A DNA stretch of 64,000 nt, from NCBI GenBank assembly GCA_042408215.1, contig JAYFMW010000017.1, forward strand, positions 160,001-224,000, given 5' to 3'. The notes under the pieces were generated by a model that saw only the letters and a list, made by a program, of their open reading frames with translations, ran no database searches and was not told the origin of the DNA. This document shows positions 10,832 to 21,610 of the stretch, in pieces (position 1 is the first letter of the stretch; every line of letters starts with the position of its first letter). The translations under genes and the position numbers were made by a program. This DNA comes from Microcoleus sp. (GTDB lineage Bacteria; Cyanobacteriota; Cyanobacteriia; Cyanobacteriales; Microcoleaceae).

Positions 10832-12096
10832 TCTATTTCCTCCTCATCTTCGAGAAATTCCATGACATTTTCCAACCACGCTGATTCGTGCAAATGTCCT
10901 AAATTCTGCTCTTTGATAACGCGGTTGGCATCAGGAATATCTAAAATTCGGATAATTCGGGCATCAGGTTGATTTTCCAGCCTATAGGTTAATGAAGCAT
11001 ATTCTAAAGATTCAGCACTGAGCAATCTGAGCAATTGAGAAGAGTGAGTAGTGGCTACCATCTGAATATTTTTACCAGAAACTTTGCGCTCAATCAGTTG
11101 CAGTAGCAAGTGCAATCTAGTTGGATGAATCCCATTTTCAAGTTCTTCAAAAAAATATAAGTCTGCGGGTTGCGGCCCTAGCAGTGCAGCAATCATTGCT
11201 AGAAAGCGCAGCGTACCGTCTGATGCACTGTAAGCAGATATCTTTTGTCCGTTTTCTTCCACTAATGTCAATAAAATTTTGCCTGTAATATCCGCAATAA
11301 ACTCAAAATCTTTGGCATCCATCGGTGTAAGTTCTTCTATCCACTGAAGCAGCGTCTGCTTGCTTTGAGAGTCTTTGCATATACTTTGAAGTACCGATGA
11401 AAGGTTCTCCCCGCGATCGCCCAGTATTGTTTGACCTGGTAACGACGGTAAACGCATCGCATCTGGACTTAAATCCAGGAAGCGCATCGAACTAAAAGCC
11501 AAAATTGCCAAACGAGCTATTTCTTGAATAGATGGTTGTACATTGCGATGTTCGATAACTTGTGAAATAATAGGGCGGGAATTCAGAAAAGAAACTGCTG
11601 GATTCCGACCCGGTTTTACTGTCCGAACCCGAACATTTAGATGTACGGGATCGTCTTGTCTAGGAGGATTACTTTTTGGGTGGGAATCAAAGATAAATTC
11701 ACCTTTTCCTGAAACAAACAATCGTTCAGCCACGACTTGCGGTTCTCGGTCAGTTGTACCAGCGTTAATCTCTATTCTGTATGCAGCATCGCGCAGTTTA
11801 TGCTTATCTTGGATAGTAAATTCTGCTTCAAGTGCAAAGGTAGATTCGCCCTCAAAGGTTACTTCCCTTGTCCCCCCGCGAATTCCGCGCCATTGGAGAA
11901 CACCGCCTTCAATCCATTTTTCGCCAATAATTTCGGCTAAACTATAACCTCTTGAAATTCCGTGAATAAAGCGAAAGGCATCTCTAATGTTGCTTTTTCC
12001 AGAAGCATTTTTTCCTACTAAAATAGTTAAGTTACCTACAATTAACTCGGCTTCTTTGAAGTTCTTAAACCGTTCAAGACGAAGTTTTTTGAGCAT
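10828..12096 (-). CDS. ABC/AAA_21-type ATPase
   Basis: Walker A GKNASGKSN, signature SDGTLR, Walker B FFEELENGIHP and H-loop TTHS. Confidence 0.9.
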   Translation of the reverse strand: MLKKLRLERFKNFKEAELIVGNLTILVGKNASGKSNIRDAFRFIHGISRGYSLAEIIGEKWIEGGVLQWRGIRGGTREVTFEGESTFALEAEFTIQDKHKLRDAAYRIEINAGTTDREPQVVAERLFVSGKGEFIFDSHPKSNPPRQDDPVHLNVRVRTVKPGRNPAVSFLNSRPIISQVIEHRNVQPSIQEIARLAILAFSSMRFLDLSPDAMRLPSLPGQTILGDRGENLSSVLQSICKDSQSKQTLLQWIEELTPMDAKDFEFIADITGKILLTLVEENGQKISAYSASDGTLRFLAMIAALLGPQPADLYFFEELENGIHPTRLHLLLQLIERKVSGKNIQMVATTHSSQLLRLLSAESLEYASLTYRLENQPDARIIRILDIPDANRVIKEQNLGHLHESAWLENVMEFLEDEEEIE

Positions 12097-12149
12097 AGTT
12101 GTCGTGACGGTAAAGGATATAGTAGGAATTGAGGAAATCTCAAACTATT

Positions 12150-12983
12150 TCAAAGCAGGCTATCCATTAAGTTCATAACGCGGATAGCATCATCTGACAA
12201 AGATCGAGATGCTTGTTGATTGAGATGATGTTCCAAAATTCCTTTGAGCGCAATCAATTTCATGCTATTTTCTGCTAAGGTTTCAGAAATAGCTTGAGCT
12301 CCGGGTAAATAGCCGATCGCCCCTAAGTCCATTAAAGCCGATCGTCTCAACTGCAAATTATCCCCGTTCAAAGCAGTTACCAACCGTTCTCCATAAACCG
12401 CTTCCCCTGTCAACTGATACATGGCCCGCGCCACAGCGTACTGCACCCTCGCGACAGAATGTTCTAAAAAAGGTACAATTAGCGGTAGGGCATCTACAGC
12501 TTGCAGCGTTCCCAAAGCTTCTATTACCGAGTCATAAGGTTGCACTAAGTGAGATTTTCCCGGCACTCGCACCGCCACAGCGACTCCCCCATCTAATAGT
12601 TTCATTAGCGGTGGAATAGAATCGCGATCGCCCAGCATTTCTAGAGCTTGAGCCGCCGCTTCCCGCACGTAATAATCCGCACATTCCAAACAGTGAATTA
12701 GGGCCGGCAATGCTTGTTTGTCGCCCAATTTTCCCAGAGCTCGCGCCGCATTTCGCAAGAGGGAATAATCGCCAATTTTTGTTTGTTCTGATTCTTCTTG
12801 CAAAGCAGCAATCAGAGCTTCAATAACTGCCGGTTCCTTGACTCGAAACCTGCCCACCCACCAAGCCGCGTAATAGCGGAGACTGTAATCTTGGGAGTGG
12901 AGATTTGCGATCGCCTGTTCTAATGTTAAAGACTCGCCGCTAGCTACACCCGCCGGCGGTGAGTCAGATTCGTAAAAATCCAT
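12150..12983 (-). CDS. cpcE: Phycocyanin alpha-subunit phycocyanobilin lyase CpcE
   Basis: RYYAAWW, LRNAARALGKLG and LRRSALMDLGAIGY motifs; ends MDSLL. Confidence 0.94.
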   Translation of the reverse strand: MDFYESDSPPAGVASGESLTLEQAIANLHSQDYSLRYYAAWWVGRFRVKEPAVIEALIAALQEESEQTKIGDYSLLRNAARALGKLGDKQALPALIHCLECADYYVREAAAQALEMLGDRDSIPPLMKLLDGGVAVAVRVPGKSHLVQPYDSVIEALGTLQAVDALPLIVPFLEHSVARVQYAVARAMYQLTGEAVYGERLVTALNGDNLQLRRSALMDLGAIGYLPGAQAISETLAENSMKLIALKGILEHHLNQQASRSLSDDAIRVMNLMDSLL

Positions 12984-13049
12984 AATTTTTTATTGCTAAT
13001 TTTATTGCTAATTTTATTGCTAATTTTTGGCTAATTTTTGGCGATTTTT

Positions 13050-13160
13050 GGGCGAATAGAATTCGCTGCTACACAGACAAAACCCGCCTGGGCGGGTTCG
13101 GTTAATTCTTAGTCTCGCGTTGCGCGGACTTTGTTTGACAAGAAGCGATTTAAATCGCCC
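13050..13160. repeat. REP-like repeat (GGCG..GAA..CGC.GCTACACA.AC.AA) in inverted pair
   Basis: Related copy at about 28233-28280; contains short hairpins. Confidence 0.55.
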
Positions 13161-13198
13161 CTTAAATCGCCCCTTAAATCGACACTTCAAGCCGACTA

Positions 13199-13468
13199 TT
13201 AGTTATTTTCCGCTGATTCAGGCGATGATTCTGCGATCGCACTCAAAGCCTGAATATTCACAATTTTGCCACCCATACGAGTAATCCGCTGCATTTCTTG
13301 ATTCATCCGGCTGTAAGGCACCGCGATCGACGTACTCGCGCTCTATCGAATCGAATAATCCATATTTTCTGTGTCATCGCTTTGGCGCAAGCCGACAACT
13401 TCATACCGAAAGCAGCGACCAGCGGAAGCTGTATTGCCACTTTTTCCTGCTACAATTTGACCAAAAAT
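13199..13468 (-). pseudogene. cpcD: Rod-capping linker CpcD, inactivated (ATT in place of ATG; in-frame TAG at codon 42)
   Basis: Manual translation gives IFGQIVAGKSGNTASAGRCFRYEVVGLRQSDDTENMDYSIR*SASTSIAVPYSRMNQEMQRITRMGGKIVNIQAL..., which matches CpcD. It lies at the expected position between cpcC and cpcE. Confidence 0.88.
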
Positions 13469-13475
13469 AAGCTAA

Positions 13476-14586
13476 TTGGTAATTGGTAATGGGGAATTGG
13501 TCAGTTGTCAGTTGTCAGTTGTCTGTTGTCAGTTGTCAGTTGTCAGTTGTTAGTTGTTATTTATTGGTTGTTGGTTCGTAGTTGTTAGGTGTTAGTCGTT
13601 GATTGTTACTAATAACCAATAACTAATCACCAATAACTAATCACCAATAACCAATGACTAATGACTAATGACTAATGACTAATGTCAGTTGTCAGTTGTC
13701 TGTTGTCAGTTGTCAGTTGTCAGTTGTTAGTTGTTATTTATTGGTTGTTGGTTCGTAGTTGTTAGGTGTTAGTCGTTGATTGTTACTAATAACCAATAAC
13801 TAATCACCAATAACTAATCACCAATAACCAATGACTAATGACTAATGACTAATGACTAATGTCAGTTGTCAGTTGTCAGTAGTCTGTTGTCAGTTGTTAG
13901 TTGTTATTTATTGGTTGTTGGTTCGTAGTTGTTAGGTGTTAGTCGTTGATTGTTACTAATAACCAATAACTAATCACCAATAACTAATCACCAATAACCA
14001 ATGACTAATGACTAATGACTAATGTCAGTTGTCAGTTGTCAGTTGTCAGTTGTCAGTTGTTAGTTGTTATTTATTGGTTGTTGGTTCGTAGTTGTTAGGT
14101 GTTAGTCGTTGATTGTTACTAATAACCAATAACTAATCACCAATAACTAATCACCAATAACCAATGACTAATGACTAATGACTAATGTCAGTTGTCAGTT
14201 GTCAGTTGTCAGTTGTCAGTTGTTAGTTGTTATTTATTGGTTGTTGGTTCGTAGTTGTTAGGTGTTAGTCGTTGATTGTTACTAATAACCAATAACTAAT
14301 CACCAATAACTAATCACCAATAACCAATGACTAATGTCAGTTGTCAGTTGTCAGTTGTCAGTTGTCTGTTGTCAGTTGTTAGTTGTTATTTATTGGTTGT
14401 TGGTTCGTAGTTGTTAGGTGTTAGTCGTTGATTGTTACTAATAACCAATAACTAATAACCAATAACTAATAACTAATCACCAATAACTAATAACCCATAA
14501 CCAATGACTAATGACTAATGACTACTGACTACTGACTACTGACTAATGACTAATGACTAATGACTAATGACTAATGACTAATGACT
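13476..14586. repeat. 1.1-kb higher-order satellite of heptamers (GTCAGTT, AACCAAT/AACTAAT, GACTAAT) with six copies of a conserved core
   Basis: Core TAGTTGTTATTTATTGGTTGTTGGTTCGTAG... starts at 13551, 13728, 13898, 14061, 14224 and 14380. Confidence 0.95.
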
Positions 14587-15454
14587 AAATTGGAGTAATG
14601 CTGGCGATTTTCGCGCCCATGCGCTGAAATTTCTGCATTTGCGAGGACAAATCCTCAACAGGTACGATAAAAGCTTTGCTGCTGCGGCGCACGCTAGGAT
14701 AGCCACCCGTGCGAATTCCCGACACTTCCACGCGGAACAGTCTTCCTTCCTTACCGTAAGCAGCCGCGCCGCCGAAACCGCTGCTGGGAGTTACGTTTTG
14801 CGCCGAAGGGCGATAGGCCCAACCTTCGCAGCCACCGGAGGGGCCGACTACTGCGGTGGCGCTGTTGGTGCCGAGTTCGACGGCTAGGCGAGAGTTATTG
14901 CCTTCTAATTGAGCTGTATCGCTATTTGCGTAGCCCCGATACAAGCGAAACATCCGGGTAAAACCAACGGTTTTTTGTCCCCGCTGAGTATCAAAACCCC
15001 GGTAATAAGGTACGATGTTTTCGCCAAAGCTTTCTTGATACTCCACTGAATCGATGTAGGAATCAACATCGGTGTCGTACCCTTTTGTTTGATACAAATC
15101 TAAGTGATAGACTACTTCAGATTCGTCGTAGGGAGCGCGACCGAGCAAGTGTTTGTAGTTTAGTTCGATCGTCCGAGTTTGGAAGCTGCTGTAGAAAAAC
15201 TTGGTTTTGTACAGTTCTGATTTCGCAACTGCGCGCACGAATTCTCGTACTGTTAAACTGCCGTCTCGCAGCAAAGATTCAGCACTTTTCAATCGCTCGG
15301 ATTTCATCAAATAATCGTTGCCCAACAACTGGCGGTAAGTGGCGCGAATTACTGTTTCGACATCTTCTTTGGTGTAATTCGGACGCAATTCTACCTTCGG
15401 CGCATCGCTCAATGCTGATGTTCCCAGTCTGGACGCTGCTGTTGTAATAGCCAC
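14585..15454 (-). CDS. cpcC: Phycocyanin-associated rod linker CpcC
   Basis: (M)[10 protein letters not shown] start at GTG with [22 protein letters not shown] motif; C-terminal CpcD-like domain. Confidence 0.93.
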   Translation of the reverse strand: MAITTAASRLGTSALSDAPKVELRPNYTKEDVETVIRATYRQLLGNDYLMKSERLKSAESLLRDGSLTVREFVRAVAKSELYKTKFFYSSFQTRTIELNYKHLLGRAPYDESEVVYHLDLYQTKGYDTDVDSYIDSVEYQESFGENIVPYYRGFDTQRGQKTVGFTRMFRLYRGYANSDTAQLEGNNSRLAVELGTNSATAVVGPSGGCEGWAYRPSAQNVTPSSGFGGAAAYGKEGRLFRVEVSGIRTGGYPSVRRSSKAFIVPVEDLSSQMQKFQRMGAKIASITPI

Positions 15455-15644
15455 CAGAATTTCTCCTAAATTTATGAGTGTGAATTGAAAGCTTTGTTGT
15501 ACTTGATAATTTTGCGACTGGCGCAAAAACTGTTATTTTATAATAAGTTGATTTGAGCAAATCAGCCTAACAATATTTAATTGTGGGGTTTCTGTAACGC
15601 TCACTCCAACTTACTATAATCCGACTCTTCCAGGCAAATCTATT

Positions 15645-16460
15645 TTAGGCTGTGGTCATACTGACCACTCTGCCACCCTTCTTGTTGATTTGCTGCAAGC
15701 GCGAAGAAAGTTGCTGGTAGGGTACAAGATATTCGGTAGTTGTCCGCCGCACCTGGGGCGAAAACTTAGCCGCTCCTTGCATTACAGTGACTCGGTAGAT
15801 TTCTCCGCGATCGCCACCCGATACGCCGGCAAGAGCTTGTCCGCCACCTGCGGTGTAGATGGGCTTCGCCATGTTTCTGCTTACTTCCCAGGTTAACCGC
15901 CCTTGTGTTTGGTTTTGTGCTCGATCGCTATTTGCATAGCCCCGGTACAATTGAAACATCCGGTTAAAACCGACGGTTTTTTGACCTCTTTGAGTAGTGA
16001 AACCACGATAGTAAGGCACTACACTTTCGCCAAAGTTTTCTTGATACTCAAAGGAATCAATGTACGAATTGATTTCTGCCTCGTAACCCTCTGCATTGTA
16101 CAGGTCTACGTGGAAAGAAATTTCCGATTCATCGTAAGGAGCGCGACCCAACAAATGCTTGTAATTAAGTTCGATTAGCCGCGTCTGGGCGTTCGGGTAA
16201 AAAAACTTTTTCCGATAGGTTTCCGACTGAGCAATTTCCCGCACGAAATCCTTAACTGAAATTTGTCCTTGCCAGAGTAAAGATTCGGCGCTAGTCACTC
16301 GTTCGCTCGACATTAAATACTCGTTGCCAAAAACCTGAGTGTAAGCTGCGCGAATTACGGCTTTCGCGTCATCTTCCGTCCAGTGTGGTCGCAATTCTAC
16401 CTTTCCGGCTTCTTCAAATGCTTTTATTCCCAAGCGTTCTGCGGCACCCAATCCAGCCAT
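15645..16460 (-). CDS. cpcC: Second phycocyanin rod linker (CpcC2/CpcH-type)
   Basis: [15 protein letters not shown] and [16 protein letters not shown] motifs. Confidence 0.88.
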   Translation of the reverse strand: MAGLGAAERLGIKAFEEAGKVELRPHWTEDDAKAVIRAAYTQVFGNEYLMSSERVTSAESLLWQGQISVKDFVREIAQSETYRKKFFYPNAQTRLIELNYKHLLGRAPYDESEISFHVDLYNAEGYEAEINSYIDSFEYQENFGESVVPYYRGFTTQRGQKTVGFNRMFQLYRGYANSDRAQNQTQGRLTWEVSRNMAKPIYTAGGGQALAGVSGGDRGEIYRVTVMQGAAKFSPQVRRTTTEYLVPYQQLSSRLQQINKKGGRVVSMTTA

Positions 16461-16533
16461 TTTTGCTTCCCCCTTTTTGCTTTAAAAACTGAAAACTTTT
16501 TAAATGTATTTGGAAAACTTGGCTTCGATCGCA

Positions 16534-16597
16534 GATGCCCGGAATTGTAAACAACCGCTAACACTCTAGCTAACAGCAGCTTACATTTCCGGGCATC
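16534..16597 (-). terminator. Long stem-loop immediately 3' of cpcA (terminator or mRNA-stabilising structure)
   Basis: GATGCCCGGAATTGTAA ... TTACATTTCCGGGCATC near-perfect inverted repeat. Confidence 0.65.
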
Positions 16598-16605
16598 ACG
16601 CAAAT

Positions 16606-17094
16606 CTAGCTCAGGGCGTTGATTGCGTAGTCGAGGTAGGAGCTCGCTTCAGTAGCAGCATCGCCTGTCAAACCGTGGTTGGCTTTGATGTACTTGAGGG
16701 CTTCAACGTACCAGCTAGGGGACAATTCAAAAGTCCGGTTGATTTCATCGATACCTGCAATCAGGTATTCGTCCATTGGGCCTGTGCCACCTGCAACCAA
16801 GCAGTAGGTTACCATACGCAAGTAGTAGCCGATGTCGCGAGCGCACTTAGCTTTACCAGTTGCGGTAGAAGCATAGTTAGGGCCTTGCATTTGTTGGGTG
16901 TACGGGAATTTGTTGTACACCGCTTGGGCTGCACCGTCGATCAAGCGCTGAGAGTTAGCTGTCAGAGATTTTGCTGCTTCTAAGCCAGCAGTGGCTTGGC
17001 GGAAGCGGCCGAAGGCGACTTGAAGTTCGGTGCTGCTGAGGAAACGGCCTTGAGAATCGGCGGCTGTTACTGCTTCGGTCAGAGGGGTTTTCAT
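16606..17094 (-). CDS. cpcA: C-phycocyanin alpha subunit
   Basis: MKTPLTEAV...[11 protein letters not shown]. Confidence 0.98.
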   Translation of the reverse strand: MKTPLTEAVTAADSQGRFLSSTELQVAFGRFRQATAGLEAAKSLTANSQRLIDGAAQAVYNKFPYTQQMQGPNYASTATGKAKCARDIGYYLRMVTYCLVAGGTGPMDEYLIAGIDEINRTFELSPSWYVEALKYIKANHGLTGDAATEASSYLDYAINALS

Positions 17095-17197
17095 TGTTCA
17101 GTTTTCTCCCTAATGTTGTGTTGTTTTGGTACTGAAGGATTGTAAAAATGCGTCCGATCGCTTTTTTTACACTCAATTAATCGTCGCTTAGCTGTTT

Positions 17198-17716
17198 TTA
17201 GCCGACTGCACTGGCTGCGCGGTCGAAGTAGCCACCGATTTCAGACATCAGCGAGCTGCAATCTCCACGAGTGACGCCGTTGGGGTCGTTAGCAATCGCG
17301 ATCGCTGCTTCCTTCATTTTTTGGACACCTGCTGCTACCGAAGCACCGGGAGTTCCCAAAGCCAAGTAGGTTTCGCGCAAGCCGTTCAAGCAACGGTCGT
17401 CGAGAACGCTGGCATCACCTGCGAAAGTTGCATAAGTGACATAGCGCAAAATGATTTCCATGTCGCGCAAACAAGCGGCCATGCGACGGCTGGTGTAAGC
17501 GTTGCCGCCGGGGGCTATCAGTTGGGGCTGCTCAGCAAACAAAGAGCGAGCTGCGTTGGCAACGATTGTGGAAGCGTTGCTGGTGATCCGGTTAACTGCG
17601 TCAATCCGCTTGTTGCCTTCTGCAACCATGCTGCTGAGGGCATCCAATTGGCCGGTGGCCAAAAATTCGCCGCGAGCATCTGCTTGGGAAACCACTTTTG
17701 TAAATGCGTCAAACAT
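17198..17716 (-). CDS. cpcB: C-phycocyanin beta subunit
   Basis: [13 protein letters not shown]...[12 protein letters not shown]...GDCS. Confidence 0.98.
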   Translation of the reverse strand: MFDAFTKVVSQADARGEFLATGQLDALSSMVAEGNKRIDAVNRITSNASTIVANAARSLFAEQPQLIAPGGNAYTSRRMAACLRDMEIILRYVTYATFAGDASVLDDRCLNGLRETYLALGTPGASVAAGVQKMKEAAIAIANDPNGVTRGDCSSLMSEIGGYFDRAASAVG

Positions 17717-18021
17717 GAAAGAACTCTCCTACTTGAGTTAATTGAGTTTGGTGGCGGTATAAAACCGTTAAGTTAAATTTGTTCAGGCTTTTGGGCCTGT
17801 AAGGGTTGAGGGTTGACGCCAGCTACTGGGCTGGTCGGCTCGTTCTCTCCCTTTCCGCTACCTGCACCATTGTGACATTGCAACGGACGTTTAAGAAACA
17901 TGAGAAAATTTTACACTTTTTATGAGATGCGACAAACCTTGTCAATCAGTGTTTTTGTTAACTTTCGCCTGTCGTTTCAACCCTCATGTACCACTTATAC
18001 AATGCTCGTGAGTCTTTGTTT

Positions 18022-18039
18022 ATTACAAATTATTACAGC
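18022..18039. promoter_or_regulatory. Possible HLR1 (RpaB) direct repeat upstream of cpcB
   Basis: ATTACAAA-tt-ATTACAGC resembles the (G/T)TTACA(T/A)(T/A)-N2 repeat; a second 8-N2-8 repeat GTTAAGAA-ta-GTTAAGAA lies at about 18218. Confidence 0.35.
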
Positions 18040-18634
18040 AGTCTCCCCTTACCAACAGACCACAGGAGCTAGGCTAGGAGCGACCAAATCTCCTCCCTGC
18101 GGTAGATGTGGCTATACTTCCTTAAGCACAAGTTTCGATCGCACTCCCTAGTTCGTGGGCCCGCCGTTGCTATTACAGCCGAGTCCGATACCCTGGTTTT
18201 CCGAGAGCTGAGGAATTGTTAAGAATAGTTAAGAAAATGAAAGTGGTGCTAAAAGGTAGAGCCGATCGCGCAAATTACTCCATCGGGTTCCCATCTAAAT
18301 TTTTAGCATCAGCCCCTGCCGGAAAGATCAGCTCTTAGGCACGGGCTGATGCCTTTGGCAGTTGGGTAAAAGCAGCATAAATTGCTAATTTTTAGTAGTA
18401 AGGTGGATGAGTGCGATCGGCGGTAGGTCTACAAAGGCAGCGCTCGATCCAAAGATCGAGAAGTTGAAAGCTTCCTGCTTCTTTCCTCGAACCGATGCCG
18501 AATAGGAGTGGCGAGTTAAACAGTTTTTGATACAAAACTCCTTTCCTCCAACTCACGCACTGCCGCATCGCCACATCCATCGGCTGTGGCAATCCGGCCT
18601 CAGCCACCTTTAGCCCCATGCTCGATCGTAATTT

Positions 18635-21457
18635 ATGTCTTCAAATTCTCCCTCTTCTTGGCACACCGTAGCAATTGACCAAACCCTCCAGCAGCTAAGC
18701 AGCAACAAAGATACTGGCTTGAGCGGGCAACAGGTGTCAGAACGCTTGCAGCAATACGGCCCCAACGAACTAGAAGAAACAGGAGGCCGCAGTGCTTGGT
18801 CGATTTTTATCGATCAGTTCACCAACATCATGTTGGTGATGCTGATGTTTGTGGCTGTGGTTTCGGCTTTTTTGGATATCAAATCGAACACTTTTCCCAA
18901 AGACGCGATCGCCATTTTTGCGATCGTGGTACTCAACGGCATTCTCGGCTATTTCCAAGAAAGCAAAGCTGAACAAGCCCTCGCAGCTCTCAAAAACCTC
19001 TCTTCCCCCCTAGTCAGAGTCGTGCGAGATCGCAAAACTTCGGAAATCGCAGCTAAGGATGTCGTACCTGGAGACATAATGCTGCTGGAAGCAGGGGTAA
19101 AAATATCAGCAGATGGCAGACTAATCGAAGCCTCCAACCTGCAAGTTAGAGAATCTGCTTTGACAGGGGAAGCTCTACCAGTCACCAAGCAAGCTGATAT
19201 AGAACTGGAAGCAGATGCTTCCTTGGGCGATCGGCTCAATTTAATTTTTCAAGGAACTGAAGTTGTTCAGGGGCGGGCCAAGGCAATTGTCACCAACACC
19301 GGGATGCAAACTGAATTGGGCAAAATTGCCACCATGCTTCAGTCTGTAGAAACCGAACCGACTCCCCTGCAACAGCGGATGACTCAGCTAGGAAACGTCC
19401 TGGTGACAGGTGCCCTAGCCTTAGTTGCTATCGTGGTTGTCGGCGGCATGATCCGCTTTACCAATGGTGGCATCGGGTTCGATACCAGCAGGTTTGAAGA
19501 TCTGTTGGAAGTTTCTCTGAGCATGGCTGTAGCTGTTGTCCCCGAAGGACTCGCAGCAGTCGTGACAGTGACTCTGGCCTTGGGAACTAGGCGGATGGTG
19601 AAGCGCAATGCCTTGATTCGCAAACTACCAGCCGTAGAAACTTTAGGTTCAGTTACTACTATTTGTTCCGACAAAACTGGTACCTTGACTCAAAATAAGA
19701 TGGTGGTTCAGCTAGTGTCTACTGGCGACTGCAATATCGGCATCGGCGGTGAAGGCTATGCCCCGATCGGAGATTTTACCGATCGCCATACATCTACCCA
19801 AATTAACAATTTAGAAGAATATCCAGAACTTGAATCTTTATTAATTGCCTGTGCAACTTGCAATGACGCAATTTTGCAGCACGAACAGCAAGAATGGAAG
19901 ATTTTGGGCGATCCCACCGAGGGAGCCCTGCTGTCTTTGGCAGGAAAAGCAGGCATTTATAAAGAACAGCAGTCTCGACTGCTACCACGGATCTCGGAAT
20001 TTCCGTTTTCTTCCGAACGCAAGCGGATGAGCGTGATTTGCCAATTGCCACCGAACTCGTCCAATTCGGCATTTCCCTCAGAAAAAGGACAGCAGCCGAG
20101 TTATTTGATGCTGACCAAAGGTTCTCCCGAATTGACATTGGAGCGCTGCGGTGGCATTATTATCGGCTCTGAGGTGGCATCTTTAACCCCAGAAATACGC
20201 GATCGCATCCTCGTGGAAAACAACCGCATGGCTAGCGTTGGTTTGCGAGTCCTCGGCTTTGCCTACAAAAATTGGGAAACCTTGCCAGCAGAAGGTTCTG
20301 AGGAAACCAGCGAACAAGACATGATTTGGCTGGGATTGGTAAGTATGCTAGATGCCCCGCGGCCGGAAGTGCGGGAAGCCGTAGTGAAATGCCGAGAGGG
20401 TGGCATTCGCGTCGTGATGATTACAGGGGATCACCAGTTGACAGCACAGGCGATCGCCTGCGATTTGGGTATTGCCGATCGGGGCGATCGGGTACTCACC
20501 GGTCAAGAGTTAGAAAAACTCACCCAAGAAGAACTCAAACAGCAAGTCGAACACGTTAGCGTTTACGCCCGCGTCTCCCCGGAACACAAATTGCGAATAG
20601 TCCAAGCTTTGCAAAGTTTAGGCAAATTTGTCGCGATGACGGGTGACGGCGTTAACGACGCGCCTGCTTTGAAACAAGCCGATATCGGCATCGCAATGGG
20701 CATTACCGGCACCGATGTCAGCAAAGAAGCTAGCGATATGGTGCTGCTAGACGACAACTTCGCAACTATTGTCGCCGCTGCTGAAGAAGGCAGAGTAGTT
20801 TATACAAATATTCGCCGCTTTATTAAGTACATTTTGGGCAGCAACATCGGCGAAGTTTTGACAATTGCGGCCGCACCTTTAATCGGTTTAGGAGGAGTGC
20901 CGCTGACACCGCTGCAAATTTTGTGGATGAACTTAGTCACTGACGGGGTTCCTGCTTTGGCTTTGGCGGTGGAACCTGCGGAACCGAACGTGATGAGGAA
21001 GCCTCCTTTTAGTCCGCGAGAAAGTATTTTTGCGCGGGGTATGGGTTCTTACATGATTCGGATCGGGATTGTTTTCGCAATTTTGACGATCGCGATGATG
21101 TCCTGGGCCTATGGGTATACTCATGCTCCCGGACACGAAGGAAATCCAGATGCTTGGAAAACAATGGTGTTTACAACTCTTTGTTTAGCGCAAATGGGTC
21201 ACGCGATCGCCATTCGCTCTAACACTCAGCTAACTATAGAGTTAGATCCCCGCACTAATCTTTTTGTGTGGGGGGCTGTAATTGTGACTACAATTCTGCA
21301 ACTAATGCTAATTTACGTTGAGCCGCTGAGAGCATTTTTTGGCACTCAGTATTTGACACCAGTTGAGTTGCTGGTTTGCATAGGTTTTAGTGCGCTGATG
21401 TTTGTCTGGATTGAAATGGAAAAACTGTTTGTGCGCTTTTACAAATCAAGAAGGTAA
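18635..21457 (+). CDS. Cation-transporting P-type ATPase (Ca2+/PacL-like)
   Basis: ESALTGE, VPEGL, DKTGTLT, MITGD and [10 protein letters not shown] motifs. Confidence 0.95.
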   Translation: MSSNSPSSWHTVAIDQTLQQLSSNKDTGLSGQQVSERLQQYGPNELEETGGRSAWSIFIDQFTNIMLVMLMFVAVVSAFLDIKSNTFPKDAIAIFAIVVLNGILGYFQESKAEQALAALKNLSSPLVRVVRDRKTSEIAAKDVVPGDIMLLEAGVKISADGRLIEASNLQVRESALTGEALPVTKQADIELEADASLGDRLNLIFQGTEVVQGRAKAIVTNTGMQTELGKIATMLQSVETEPTPLQQRMTQLGNVLVTGALALVAIVVVGGMIRFTNGGIGFDTSRFEDLLEVSLSMAVAVVPEGLAAVVTVTLALGTRRMVKRNALIRKLPAVETLGSVTTICSDKTGTLTQNKMVVQLVSTGDCNIGIGGEGYAPIGDFTDRHTSTQINNLEEYPELESLLIACATCNDAILQHEQQEWKILGDPTEGALLSLAGKAGIYKEQQSRLLPRISEFPFSSERKRMSVICQLPPNSSNSAFPSEKGQQPSYLMLTKGSPELTLERCGGIIIGSEVASLTPEIRDRILVENNRMASVGLRVLGFAYKNWETLPAEGSEETSEQDMIWLGLVSMLDAPRPEVREAVVKCREGGIRVVMITGDHQLTAQAIACDLGIADRGDRVLTGQELEKLTQEELKQQVEHVSVYARVSPEHKLRIVQALQSLGKFVAMTGDGVNDAPALKQADIGIAMGITGTDVSKEASDMVLLDDNFATIVAAAEEGRVVYTNIRRFIKYILGSNIGEVLTIAAAPLIGLGGVPLTPLQILWMNLVTDGVPALALAVEPAEPNVMRKPPFSPRESIFARGMGSYMIRIGIVFAILTIAMMSWAYGYTHAPGHEGNPDAWKTMVFTTLCLAQMGHAIAIRSNTQLTIELDPRTNLFVWGAVIVTTILQLMLIYVEPLRAFFGTQYLTPVELLVCIGFSALMFVWIEMEKLFVRFYKSRR

Positions 21458-21610
21458 TCAAAACCAAAGAAACCGGGTTTTTTGCCGCTTTTGCGGGCTG
21501 TAACGAGTATTTCGCAAAAAAACCCGGTTTCTGACCATCCGTGCGTCCACCATAGGTTAACTGTTTCTATACACCAGGAAGGTAATCATTCCCTCAGCTT
21601 ACCAGTTATC

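Noticed and set aside
13343..13345. Programmed read-through or recoding of the cpcD TAG
   Set aside because: The start codon is also lost and no recoding machinery is evident; pseudogenisation is simpler.
13476..14586. Satellite as a CRISPR array
   Set aside because: The intervening sequences are heptamer runs rather than unique spacers, the core is too long, and no cas genes are nearby.
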